Positions 16,029 to 31,437 of a DNA stretch of 64,000 bases are shown piece by piece (the stretch's first letter is position 1; every line of letters starts with the position of its first letter). The stretch lies in the NCBI RefSeq assembly GCF_009914755.1, contig NC_060946.1; one strand, 5' to 3'. The DNA comes from the human T2T-CHM13v2.0 reference genome, Homo sapiens. The translations under genes and the position numbers were made by a program. The notes below the pieces were generated by a model. It had not been told where the DNA came from. It saw only the letters and a program-made list of their open reading frames with translations, and did not search any database.

Positions 16029-16810
16029 ATTTTTTTTAATTTTACAGTTTGCCTTTTACCCTGTTGGTTGTGACCTTTGAGGTACAGAAGTTTTTAGGTT
16101 TGATATATTTTTGCTTTTACTGCCTGAGCTTTTAATGTCATATCCTAAAAATTATTGACAAATTCATCGTCATAAAGCATTTTCCAAATTTGTTTTCCCT
16201 AGGAGTTTGATAGTTCTAGTTTTACATTTAGGTTTATAATTCACTTTGAATTGATTTTAACGTGGTGTAAGGTAAGAGTCCAACTTCATTGTTTTGCATG
16301 TAGTTATACAATTTTCCCATCACCATTTGTTGAAGAAACTGTGCTTTGCCATTGAGTGGTCTTGGCATCCTGGAAGATCATCGGACCATATATGCCAGGG
16401 TTGGTTTCTGAGGTCTCTATTGTGTTGGTCCATAAGTGTGTCAAGAGTGTCTTTATGCCATGACCACATTTTTTTTTTTTGGCTTATTGCAGTTTTGTAA
16501 TTGCTTTGAGACCTTTAATTTTGTTCTGTTTCAAGATTGATTTGCCTATTCATGGGCCCTGGAGATTCCATATGAGTTTTAGGATAGGTTTTTCTGTTTA
16601 TCAAAAATGTCATTGGAATCTTTATAAGGATTGTATTGAATCTAGGTCACTTCGAGTAGTGTTGACATCATTCCAAGATGAAATCATCTAATTTGCAAAC
16701 CCAGCTTTTCTTTTCATTTATTTGTGTTTAATTTCTTTTAACAGTGTTTTGTAGTTTTCTGTGTTCAAATCTTTTGCCCTCTTGGTTAAGCTTATTTCTA
16801 ATTTTTATAA

Positions 16811-17520
<710 letters not shown>

Positions 17521-18872
17521 TCTTTTTAAAATTTTATTTACAGATTGTTCATTGTTAGTTTATAGAAATGGAACTGACTTGTGTGTGTTACTGTATCCTG
17601 AAACTTTGTTGAATTTCATTATTCTACCAGTATTTTGTGGAATTTCAGGATTTTTACACATTACATCATGTTGTCTGTGAACAAAATTTTGTACTTTTTC
17701 CTTTCCAATTTGCATGCTTTTTATTACTTTCTCTTGCCTAATTATTCTGAGTAGAAATTCCAGTACTGTGGTGAATAGAAGTGGCAGGAAGAGATGTTGC
17801 TATCTTATTCCTGATCCTAGAGGAAAAGATTTTAGTTTTTCACCATTCAGTATGATGTTAGCTGTGAGCTTTTCATGTATAATCTTTATTTACTGAGGAG
17901 TTTCCATATATTACTAATTCTTTGAGTGTTTTTATTACAAAAGGTGTTCATCTGGCTCTGGAACCAGATAAATGTTGACCTGATAGAATGGATTGGAATG
18001 TCCCCTTCTGGTTTTTGAACATTTTTGGAATATTTTGCAAAGGGCTGGCATTAATTCTTCTTGAAATGTTTGGTAAAATTTTCCAGTGAAGTTATCTGGA
18101 CCTGGAATTTTCTTTTTTGGGGGGTTTTTGATTACTGGTTGAATCTTCTTACTAGTTACAGGTCTCTTTGGATTTTTTATTTCTCCATGATGCAGTATGG
18201 TGGTTTGTGTTTCTAGGAATTTATAAATTTATTCTAGGTTGCCCAGTTCTGTGGCATATGGTTGCTCACATTAGTCTCTTGTAATCTTTTTCATTTCTGT
18301 GGAATCTGTTGTACTGTCACCTCTTTTATTTATGATTTTAGTATTTGAGATTTCTCTTTTTTTCTTAATATAGCTGTGAGTTTTAAAATTTTTATTGATC
18401 TTTAAAAAAACAAACTCAGTGGTTTTTTTTTTCCTTTTTTTCTGGTCTTATTCTGCTTATCTCTGTTCTAATCTGTTATTTTCTTCCTTTTGCTTGGTTT
18501 GTCATTAGTTTTTTTTTTTTTTCCCTTTAGGTGTAATGTTAGGTTATTGATTTGAGATCTTTCTTCTTTTTAATTTAATCACCTGCAGCTATAAGCTTCC
18601 CTTTAGCATGGCTTTGAGATCTTTCTTCTTTTTAATTTAAGCATCTGCGGCTGTAAGCTTCCCTTTAGCACTGCCTTTGTTGCCTCCTCCTGAGTTTGGG
18701 TATGTCATGGTTTTGTTTTCATTTGCTTAAACATTTTTTTTGTCCTATTGTAATATAATTGTGTTGTTTTTAATAGAGGTAATTAATGAAACACATAATG
18801 AATTGTGCTTCTGTTTTTATAATATTTTAAGCATTCTTAACTCAGAAATGTAAATTTTAGAAAAAAATTCCA

Positions 18873-19201
<329 letters not shown>

Positions 19202-19330
19202 TTATTTGTATTTCAATTTAGAAACTATGATCTCCTAAGTGTATTGACACAGCAACCTGACATAAAGATAAAGAATAATAAGTATATAACAAAACGGAAA
19301 CTTGCAAATACCTTTTTTTATTAATTTTTA

Positions 19331-19947
<617 letters not shown>

Positions 19948-19986
19948 CTAAGGTGTGGTTGACATACAAAAATTACACATATTTAA

Positions 19987-20310
<324 letters not shown>

Positions 20311-20434
20311 AATATATACATCTTAATGAGTTTAGAGATAAGTATTCGCCCCAGGACTCATCACAACAAATAATGCCGTAAACTTGACCATCACTCCCCA
20401 TATATTTCTCATTCTGACCCTTTTTAAAAAATGA

Positions 20435-20744
<310 letters not shown>

Positions 20745-21009
20745 CTAAAATATACCCTCTTAAGTTTTATTTTAAGTGTACAATACAGGACGGCCATGCA
20801 TCAGAGATATATGTGGGTTTGGTTCCAGACCACTGCAATAAAGTGAATTATACAATTTCTTTTGGTTTTCCAGTGTATGTAAAAGTATGTTTATACTGTG
20901 TTGTATAAAGTGTGCAATAGCATATGTCTACAAAGTGTTCACACTTTAATTTACAAATACTTTATTGTTAACAAGTGCTAACAGTCATCTGAGCCTTCAG
21001 AAAGCTGCA

Positions 21010-21284
21010 GTCTTTTTGTGTGTGCGTGACAGGGTTTTACTCTGTGGCTCAGGCTAGAGTAATTGCAGTCTCAACCTCATGCTCAATCAAACCCCCACCT
21101 CAGACTCCTGACTAGCTGGAACTACAGATACATGCCACCATGACCAGCTAATTTTTGTATTTTTTTTTTTTTTTTGTAGAGATGGGGTTTTGCCATGTTG
21201 CCTTGACTTCCTGGGCTCAAGCAATCTACCCACCTTGGCCTCCCAAGGTGTTGGGATGACAGGTGTGAGCCACTGCACCTGGCC
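21010..21284 (-). mobile_element. Alu (AluJ-type) nested in Tigger1
   Basis: Diverged reverse Alu. Confidence 0.85.
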
Positions 21285-21863
21285 AAGTTTCAGTCTTCTT
21301 GCTGATGGAGGGTCTTGCCTTAATGTAAGGTGGTGGTTGCTGAGCGTTGGGGTGGCTGTGGCAATTTCTTAAAATAAGACACCATTGAAGTTTGCTGTGT
21401 CAATTGACTCTCCCTTTCACAAAAGAATTATCTGTAGCATACGATGTTGTTTGATAGCTTTTTACCCACAGTAGAACTTTCAAATTGGATTCAATCCTGT
21501 CAAACCTTCGTACAGCTGTACCAACTAAGTTTATGTATTATTGTAAATCATTGTGTCAATCCTGTCAAGCCCTCCTTCTGCTGTACCAACTAAGTTTATT
21601 CTAAATCTGTTGTCATCTAAACATTGTTTACACTGTCTTCACCACGAGTAGATTTCATCTCAAGAAACCACTTTCTTTGCTCATCCGTGGAAGCAACTCA
21701 TCCACTCACGTTTTCTCCGGAGGCTGCTGCAGTCTCACCAGATCTTCAGGCTCTGTCTCTGATTCTAGTGCTCTTGTTATTTCCACCATATCTGCAGTTA
21801 CCTCCTCCACAGAAGTCGTGAACCCCTGTGTCATCTGTGAGGGTTGGAATAATCTTCCCAACT

Positions 21864-22169
<306 letters not shown>

Positions 22170-23026
22170 CCAACTTCTCCTAATGTTGCTATTTTGATCT
22201 TATTTTTTAAATCATGAATGTTCTCAATGACATCTAGAATGGTGAATCCTTTCCAGTAGGTTTTCAATTATTTTGCCCAGATCCATCAAAGGAATCACTT
22301 TCTAGAGAAGTTATAGCTTTATGAAATATATTTTTAAGTGATAAGACTTGAAAGTTGAAATTATTCTTTGATCCAAGGGCACCAGAATGAATGTTGGGTT
22401 AGTAGGCATGAAAACAATATTCAGCTCTTTGTACATCTCTGTAAAAGCCCTTGAGTACCAGGGGCATTGTCAGTGAGCGGTAATACTTTGAAAGGAATCT
22501 TATTTCTTGAGCAGTAGGTGTCAACAGTGGGCTTCAGATATTCAGTAAACCATATTTGTAAGCCGATAGTCTGTCATCCAGGCTTTGTTCCCATTTGTAG
22601 AGTACAGACAGAGCTGTGTTTTATCATAATTCTTGAGGGCCCTTGGATTTTCAGAATAGTAAATCATCATTGGTTTCAAGTTAACATCACCAACTGCATT
22701 AGCCCTTAACAAAAGAGTCAGCATGTCCTTTGAAGCCTTAAAGCCAGGCATCAACTCCTCTCTAGCTGGGAACATCCTAGATGGCATCTCCTTCTAGTAG
22801 AAGGCTGTTTTGTCTCCATTGCAAATCTATTTAGTGTTGCCATCTTAATCAGTTATCTTCTAGATAGCTTTCTGCAGCTTTTCCATCAGTACTTGCTGCT
22901 TTATCTTGCGCTTTTATGTTATGGAGATGACTTTTTTCCTTAAACCTCAAGAAACAAGCTCTTCTAGCTTCAGACTTTCCTTCTGCAGCTGCCTCACCAC
23001 TCTCAGTCTTCATAGAATTGAAGAGA

Positions 23027-23340
<314 letters not shown>

Positions 23341-24320
23341 AGTTAGGCTTAGGCTTAATGGAATGTTTTTTGTTTTTTTTTTCATCTTCTATCTAGACCA
23401 ATTAAACTTTCTTCATAACAGCAGCAAGATCGTTTAGCTTTTTATCATTCATGTGTTCACTGGAGCAGTACTTTAAATTTCTTTCCAGAACACTTCGTTT
23501 GCATTCACAACTTGGCTAAGTGTTTGTTGCATGAGGTCTAGCTACTGGCCTGTCTTGCTTACAGCATGCCTTCCTCACTAAGCTTAATTATTTCTTCCTT
23601 TTGGTTTAAAGTGACAGACATGCAACTCTTCTTTCATGAACATATAGAGGCTATTGTAGGGTTATTAATTGGCCACATTTTAATATTAATAAAAAGAAGC
23701 CTGAGAAAAAGAGAAAGAGAAATGGCCCGTTGGTTGGGCAGTCAGAACAAACGCATTTGTCAATTGTTTGCTGTCTTATCCTGGTGTGATTTGTGGTTCC
23801 CAAAACAATGACAACAGTAGCATTAAAGATTACTGATTACAGATCACCACAACAGAGTCAATAATAAAAATCTTAAAATACTGTGAGAATGACCGAAATG
23901 TGACACAGAAACGTGAAGTGAGCACGTGCTGTAGGAACAATGGTGCCAGTGAGACCTGCTTATTGCAGGGTGGCCACAAACCTTCAATACGTAAAACACA
24001 TGGTCACAAAACACAATAAAGCAAAGTGCAGTGAAACAAGATGTGTCTGTCTTTTGATAGACTCTGACAATCTCTACCTTTGAATTGGTACATTCATACC
24101 ATTAACATTCAAAGTGATTATTGATATCATTGGATTAATATCTACTATATTTGTTACTGTTTTCTATTCATTCTCCTCAGTCTTCATTCTTTTGTCTACG
24201 ACTCTTTTTCTGCCTTTTGCAGTTTTCATTGATGATTTTAGATGACTCCATTTTCCCTGTCTTTCTTAGTACGTACTTCTCTTTTTAAAACTTTTTTTTA
24301 ACTAGTTGTCACAGAATTTG

Positions 24321-24618
24321 CAATATACATTTACAACCAATTCAAGTCCACTTTCAAATAACACTATCCAACTATCCCACAAATAAGACTACCTGCTTAA
24401 CAAACAAAACACCTAATTCCTCAGTAACATTTACAACCAATTCAAGTCCACTTTCACATAACACTATCCCACTATCCCACAAATAAGACTACCTGCTTAA
24501 CAAAGAACACACCTAATTCCTCAATATACATTTACAACCAATTCAAGTCCACTTTCAGATAACACTATCCCACTTCACGGGTGACTACCTGCTTAACAAA
24601 GAAAACACCTGATTCCTC
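24321..24618. repeat. ~100-bp tandem repeat, 3 copies
   Basis: CATTTACAACCAATTCAAGTCCACTTTCA…GACTACCTGCTTAACAAA recurs at ~24321, 24422, 24522. Confidence 0.9.
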
Positions 24619-24925
24619 CCTCCCATCCTTCCATTCCATTCCTTGTATTATTGTTCCTTATTTCACTTGTGTATAAGCATGCATAATCTATCTGTGTGTA
24701 TTTATTATTATCTACAAACTTATTGGTCAGATCAATTATGAATAAATACATGTTTTTATTGTACCACAATGCCTCCCTACCATCCTTCCATTCCATTCCT
24801 TGTATTAGTGTTACTCATTTCAATTGTATATAAGCATACATAATATATCTGTATTTGTTATTGTCTATGATCTTCTTGGTCAGATCAATTAAGAATAAAT
24901 ACATAGGTTTTTATTGTACCACAAT
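24616..24925. repeat. ~157-bp tandem repeat, 2 copies
   Basis: CATCCTTCCATTCCATTCCTTGTATTA…TTGGTCAGATCAATTA…TTTTATTGTACCACAAT occurs twice. Confidence 0.88.
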
Positions 24926-25961
24926 TCTTTCTTTAATGCTCTTTTTAAAAAAATGTTGATCCAGGTTTCAGTTATATATCTTTTGTTTCCCTAAAGAATT
25001 TCATTTAACATTTCTTGCAAGACAGATCTCCTGGCAACAAGTTTCTTGAATTTTTATTTTTCTGAGGAAGGCCTTAATTCTCCTTCACTTTTGAAGGGTG
25101 GTTTCAGTGGGTACAGAAACTTAGGTTGGTGGGTTTTTTCTGTCAACATTTTGAATTTTTCATTTCACTGTCTTCTTACTTTCACAGTTTCTGAAATGTT
25201 GAATGCAGTTCTTATCTTTGTGTCTCTGTAGGTAAGGTGTTTTCTGCCCCACCTCTGGTTTCTTTCAGAGTTTTCCTTTATCTTTTATTTCATATAGTTT
25301 GAAAATTATATGTCCAAGTGTAGGTTGTTGGTATTTATTCTGCCTGGTGTTCTCAGAGCTTCCTGGATCTTTGGTTTGGTGTCTGACATTAATACTGGAA
25401 GTTCTCAGACATGGTTGTTGCAGAACTTTCTTCTATTTCTTCTCCTCTTGGTATTCTCATTACTGTTTCACCTTTTGTAGTTGTCCCACAGTCTTGAATA
25501 TCATCTTCTGTTCTTTTCAGTGTTTCTTTTCTTTAGTTTTTGAAGTTTCTGATGATAAATCCTCAAGCTCAGAGATTTTTACTCAGCTGAGTCCAGTCTA
25601 CTAATAAGCCATCAGAGGTATTCTTCAGTTATTTACCACGTTTTTCATCACTACATTATGTTGAAAGTTCTTACGATGTCTGTCTTTCTCATTACATTAC
25701 CCGTCTACACTTGAATACTGTCTACTTCATTCATTAGGCCCTTAGCATATTCTCCAGAGGTTTAAAAAAAAATTCCAAGATCATATCTTTGTCTGCTTCT
25801 GAAGCTTGCTCTGTTGACACAAATTGTATTTTTTTCTTTTTTTGGATTTTAGTATGCCTTGCAATTTTTTCCCTTTATTCTGATGCATGAAGTACCCACT
25901 AAAAGTGACTGCTGTTAGTATAGCTTCAGTAATGCGGTGATGAGGTGACAGGGCAGGTGAT

Positions 25962-26100
25962 GCTCTCTTAGTCTCTTTAGGCTACTATAACAAAATACTT
26001 CAGACTGAGTAATTCATAAACAACAGAGATTATTGTTCACAGACCTGGAGGCTGGAAAGTACAAGACTAAAGGGCCAGGATATTTGGTGTTTGGTGAAGG
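25962..26100 (-). mobile_element. MaLR (MLT1A/MST-like) LTR fragment
   Basis: TCTTAGTC…GGCTACTATAACAAAATAC…CTGGAGGCTGGAAAGTACAAGA motif; truncated at the satellite. Confidence 0.7.
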
Positions 26101-27555
26101 TCAAACATTCAGACACTCTCAACGACTATAGCGACAGCAGCAGTCTTCAGGAATCCTATGTGAGGGACAAACACTCAGAAGCCAGCTGGAGTGTTCTAGA
26201 ATCCTATGTGAGGGCCAAACATTCAGACCCCAGCAGTAGTGTTGTGGAATCCTATGTGAGGGACAAACTTTCAAACCCTTGTAGCAGTGTTCTGGAATGC
26301 TATGTGAGGGACAAACATTCAGACCACGGGAGCAGTGTTCTGGAATTCTATGTGAAGGACAAACATTAAGACTCTCATAGCAGTGTCCTGGAATCATATG
26401 TGAGGGACAACCATTCAGACACCAGCAGAAGTGTTCTGGAATCCTAGGTGTGGGAAAAACATTCAGAACCTAGTAGCAGTGTTCTGGAATCCTATGTGAG
26501 GGACATACATTCAGACCACGGCAGCAGTGTTCTGGAATGGTATGTGAAGGACAAACATTCAGACCCTTGTAGCAGTGTTCCAGAATTTTACGTGAGGGAC
26601 AAACATTCAGACCACGGCAGCAGTGTTCTGGAATCCTATATGACGGACCAACATGCAGACCCTTGCAACAGTGTTCTGGAATACTAGGTGAGGGAGAAAT
26701 ATTCACACCCTTGTAGCAGTGTTCTGGAATTCTATGTGACTGACAAACATTCAGACTCCAGCAGCAGTGTTCTGTAATCCTATGTGAGGGACAAACATTC
26801 AGACCCCAAGAGCAGTGTTCTGAAATCCTATGTTAAGGGAAACATTGAGACCCCAGCATGAATGTTCTGGAATCCTATGTGAGGGACAAACATTCAGACC
26901 ACGGCAGGAGTGTTCTGGAATCCTATGTGAGGAACAAACATTCAGACCACAGCAGGAGTGTTCTGGAATCCTATAGGAGGTATAAGCATTCAGACCCTCA
27001 TAGCAGTGTTCTGGAATCCTATGTGAGGGAGAAGCATTCAGAGCACAGCAGGAGTGCTCTGGAATCCTATGTTAGGGACAAACATTCAGAACCTCGTAAC
27101 ATTGTGCTGGAAACCTATGTGAGGGACAGACATTTAGACCCTCGCAGCAGTGTTCTGGAATCCCATTTGAGGGTCAAACATTCAGATCCTCGCAGCAGTG
27201 TTCTGGAATTCTATGTGAGTGACAAACATTCAGACTCCAGCAGCAGTGTTCTGTATTCCTATGAGAAGGACAAACATTCAGAATCCAGGAGCAGTGTTTT
27301 GAAATCATATGTTAAGGGCAAACATACAGACCCTAGCATCAATATTCTAGAATCATATGTGAGGGACATACATTCAGACCCTCACAGCAGTGTTCTGGAA
27401 TCCTAGATGGGGGACAAACATTCAGACCCCAGCAGCAGACTTCTGGAATCCTATGTGGAGGACAAACATTCAGACAATGGCAGCAGTGTTCTGGAATCCT
27501 ATGTGAGGAACAAACACTCAGAGCCTTGTAGCAGTGTTCTGGAATCCTATGTGAG
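26098..27555. repeat. CER (48-bp centromeric/D22Z3-type) satellite, ~30 monomers
   Basis: Consensus TCAGACCCCAGCAGCAGTGTTCTGGAATCCTATGTGAGGGACAAACAT repeats with 48-bp period. Confidence 0.9.
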
Positions 27556-27900
27556 TGAGAGTGCCTGGAGCCTACCCAACCTGACGCCCCCAAAGCCCTC
27601 ACAGGGTCTGACCTCCCAGCATGCACCTGCCTCTCCCTGAACCCCAACTGCCCACCCTGCCTGTTCCCCGGCCTCCTCCATCCTGTGCAGCCCATAGACT
27701 GTGACCATCTCTCCAGCCACTCTGGCCCTTCCTTTACCTTTGTCCTGTCAGAATCTCTGAGCAGGATCTCCCAGGTCCATCCAAATATGTGCTTTGTCCA
27801 CTTTCGACTAGGCCCTTGGGCATCACTGGGCTATCCCAGCTGTCCACAGGGCCTTCAATAATGCACATTGCACCTGGCTTATCCAAGCAGTGCTCAGCAG

Positions 27901-28805
27901 CCCACATTGACCAGGTCCCTGCTGACCAGACCCCGCACATCAGGTCCTCCCTGACGACACCCTCACTGATTAGACCCTCATGACCAGGCCCCACTAACAA
28001 GGCCCCCACTGCCAGGCACACAATGACAAGGACTCCACTGACCAGGACCTTACTGACAAGGCCTCACTGACAAGGCTTCACGGACCAAGTCCTTACTGAC
28101 AAGTCCTCACTGACTAGGTCATTATTGACAAGGCCTCACTGATCAGGTTCCACTGATCATGAACTCATTCCCTGGCCCAAAGATGAGGCCCCACTGACCA
28201 GGCCTCCAGGGAACAGGTTGCCACTGATCAGGCCCCTAATAACGAGGCCTTATGTCACCAGATGCCCCTGACTGGGACCCTAGTGAGTAGACCCCACTGA
28301 ACCGGCACCAAATGCTGAGATTCCCGCTGACCAAGTCACCCTGTAGACCGGTGCTACAAAAGTCACCACTGACCAAGTCCTCTCTGACCAGGACACTACA
28401 GATTAGGTCCCGCCGACAAGGCTGCCCTGACCAGGGCCCCACTGACAAGGGCCTCACTGATGAGGACACGCCCACCAGGGTCTGCTGACTAGGTCCCATG
28501 TGCCCCGTCCTGCACTGAGTAGCACCCCTTGACCTGGTCACCAGTGCCCCAGCCCATGCTGACCAGGCCAGCACTAAGCCCCAGCTGACCAGGTCTCCAC
28601 TGATCAAGCCCCACAGCCCAGGTTTGCACTGACCAGACACCAAACAACTGGCAGCCAATAGGTCCCCACTCACCAAAACCCCCACTACTAGACCCCACTA
28701 ATGAGACCCTCTCTAAGCAGACCCCTGCTGACCACTATCCCACTAAATAGTCCTCACTGACCTAGGTCCACTGACCAGGCCCACACTGATCAGGCCCCTC
28801 CTAAC
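27901..28805. repeat. Degenerate ~17-20-bp minisatellite, core CCACTGACCAGG (array 1)
   Basis: Dozens of CACTGAC(C/A)AGG variants in tandem. Confidence 0.85.
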
Positions 28806-28814
28806 CACACTGGA

Positions 28815-29955
28815 AATCCAAACGGCAATGACATGTTTCATATGGCAGAAGTTGGAACAAGACAGAGAGAGGAAAGAGGTTCCACAGCCTTTTAAACTAC
28901 TAGATCTCATGAGAACTCACTCACTATCAGGAGGATGGCATTAAGGGCTTGGTGCTTTGCCATTTGTGAAGGATCCACTCCCACTCCTTTATGATTAAAG
29001 CTTTTTCCACCTAGGCCCCGACTCTAACATTAGGGAGTGTACTTTCACATGAGCTTTGTAAGGGGCATAGAGAAAAACCGTATTATTCTGTCCCTGACCC
29101 CACAAATCTCATGTCCTTCTCACATTGCAAGATACAGTCATGCCTTGCCAGCAGTCTCCCAAAGTCTTAACTCATTTCAGCATTAACTCAAAGTTACAAA
29201 GTGCAAAGTCTCATCTGGGTCAAGGCTACATTCTCTTTTGCCTACAAGTCTCTGAAATAAAAAGCAAGTTCACTGCGTCTAAGGTACAATGATGGTACAG
29301 GCATTGTGTAAGCTTTCCATATCCAAAAGAGAGACATTTTCCAGAAAGCTTCTTATTTTTATCTGAGGCCCCCTCAGCCTGGCCTTCACTGTCCATGTTT
29401 TTGTCAGCATTCTTGTCACAGCCATTTAACCAGTCTCTAAGATGATCCAAAAATGTTCTCATCTGCCTGTCTTCTTTGGAGCCCTCCAAACTCTTCCAAC
29501 CTCTACCCATTACCCAGTTCCGAAGTTGCTTCCACATTTTTAGGTATCTTTATAGCAGTGCTCCAGTCCTCATTTGCCATTTTTGGTAAGATTTATCTTG
29601 AAAAAGAGGTTTAATTGGCTCATGGTTCTGCAGAGTGGACAGGAAGCTTAGTGCTTCTGCTTCTGGGGGGCCTCAGAAATCTTTCAATCATTGTGCAAGG
29701 TAATGAAAGAGTGAATTGTCTCACATGGCAAGAGGAAATCACGGAGAATAGGGAGTGATATAGAGTTTTCAGTGGCCAGATCTCACGAGAAGTCACTCAT
29801 GATTGTGAGGACAGTACCAAGGGGATGGTGCTGAACCACTCATGAGAAATTTGCCTTCATGATTCAATCACCTTATACCAGGATCCACCTCCAACATTAG
29901 GAAGCATAATTCAACAAGAGATTTGGTGGGGACACATATTCGAATTGCCTCATCA
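28815..29955 (-). mobile_element. MST/THE1-class MaLR: partial LTR + internally deleted internal region + LTR
   Basis: LTR motifs (GATCTCATGAGAACTCACTCACTATCA; GAGATTTGGTGGGGACACA); ORF 29226-29537 MWKQLRNWVMGRGWKSLEGSKEDRQMR… is the MaLR internal ORF. Confidence 0.85.
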
Positions 29956-31103
29956 GTCTTTGAGTATAAAGACATCCATAGCAGGCTTTATCCAGCCAGC
30001 TTCTTTGGGATTCTTTATAGGGTTTCAGATCTATAGGATATCCACTAAAATATTCCTACTTCAAAAGGCAATAAAGTAAGTGGTATTATCATTCTTCAAA
30101 AAGTTATAATGGTAGTGTAGGCATTCATAGTATGATTTAGTTCATTTGCTACTGTTTCTATTCTATCACCATATTAACACTTTCGTACACAATTCTATAT
30201 TCAGCTGGGTTTCAGTTGAGCACAAAGTCATCCTTGTACTACCACCGATAGCTGGCACCAGCTCTTTGATACTGTTATCATTCTGCTGTAGAAAGTACCC
30301 GTGAACTGGAAAAAGTCCACACTCGAATAGCTAGTCATTCAACACTATCAAATTTTAGGTGACTTTTTGAAAAAATAGTATCTCTTGTTGCAAGAAATGC
30401 TCCATCTGTGATTTCAAGTCTCTCACTTGAGTGAATTGGATGGAAGTGGTGAATTTCAGCCAAAGTGGCCAAAGAAATCCTGTTCCTGTGATAATGACTC
30501 CATCAGCCTCTGCACCTCTGTCTTCCCTTCTGCCACATGTTGTCTGTTCTCCGTGACTTTGGTAAGAGCTTCCTTGTGTATGTGAATGATGTCCAGGATG
30601 TTTGTCTTGTGTCCCTGAGACAGCACTAACAGGTCCATGGCTGGGTCCAGGTCCTTCCTGGACTGACTGGCAAAGAGCTCACTGACAGAGTGGAAGGCAT
30701 CTATACTGAAGTGGATGGCCTGGTCCAGCTCCAAGGCCTGGCTGAGGCTGAAGAAGAACTGTCAGGCTTCTGATGCTCTTTCTCAAAGCCTGCCACCACT
30801 CATTGGCTGTGAAGTTGACCTGAGTGCCCTGTTGTCCATCTTCTTGGTGAAGCACTTGAAGCCATCAATCTTGCTCTCCCACTCCTAAAAGTTGAGTGTC
30901 ACACTGGGGGTGGGCTCAGAGCCAGGAAGAATCTGGCACTCACCATCTCATCCTTCTCAGCCTTCCTCTTGCCCTGTCTCCAGGCTGTCTCTTCAGTGCT
31001 GGTGGGGCACATCAGGAAGTGACAAAAAATGTGGCACTGCACCTGCATCCAGAAGCTGGCTGTGTGGTTCATCTACAAGATTGGGCCCTTTCTGCACTTG
31101 AAC
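29956..31103 (-). pseudogene. SNX18P: SNX18 processed pseudogene (PX C-terminus + BAR domain + 3'UTR), 5' truncated
   Basis: [74 protein letters not shown] and …[18 protein letters not shown]…ESKIDGFKCFTKKMD match SNX18; no intron; stops and frameshifts; coding end ~30335. Confidence 0.9.
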
Positions 31104-31107
31104 ATAG

Positions 31108-31269
31108 ATCCACTTCACCATAGATGCCTTCCACACTGTCAGTGAGCTCTTTGCCCATCAGCCCAGGCAGGATCTGGACCCAGTCATGGACCTGTTAGTG
31201 CTGTCTCAGGGACACCAGGCCAACATTCTGGACATCATCCACGTACACAAGGAAGCTCTTACCAGAGTC
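31108..31269 (+). pseudogene. SNX18P: Inverted duplicate fragment of SNX18 BAR-coding sequence
   Basis: Reverse complement of ~30555-30716; translates [28 protein letters not shown]. Confidence 0.9.
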
Positions 31270-31437
31270 CTCCTCAAGATGGCCTGTGGTCTGCCTCTTG
31301 GCACCCGAGAAGCCCACAGTGCTGTAGAAGCCCCGATGCTTGGACTGGAGCCCCAAAGGCGGCACACACCCCAGTTCTGAGCCTGCTGCTCATTTCCTCT
31401 ATGTGGCTCCATTTGCAGCACATTTGTTGCACTGAGA

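Larger units (their letters stand above)
24051..25900 (-). mobile_element. Old L1M fragment (ORF1/inter-ORF region) containing local tandem duplications
   Basis: L1M-like motifs (TCTCCTTCACTTTTGAAGG…GGGTACAGAAACTTAGGTTGG; CATTTCACTGTCTTCTTACT). Confidence 0.6.

Noticed and set aside
26091-27640. Long ORFs with a 16-aa repeat (ESYVRDKHSDPSSSVL), and CRISPR-like regularity
   Set aside because: These follow from a 48-bp monomer (a multiple of 3) that lacks stops in some frames. There are no unique spacers and no cas genes, and the context is a eukaryotic satellite.
28236-28698. 149-aa Gly/Leu/Val/Ser-rich ORF
   Set aside because: It is a translation of the CCACTGACCAGG minisatellite.
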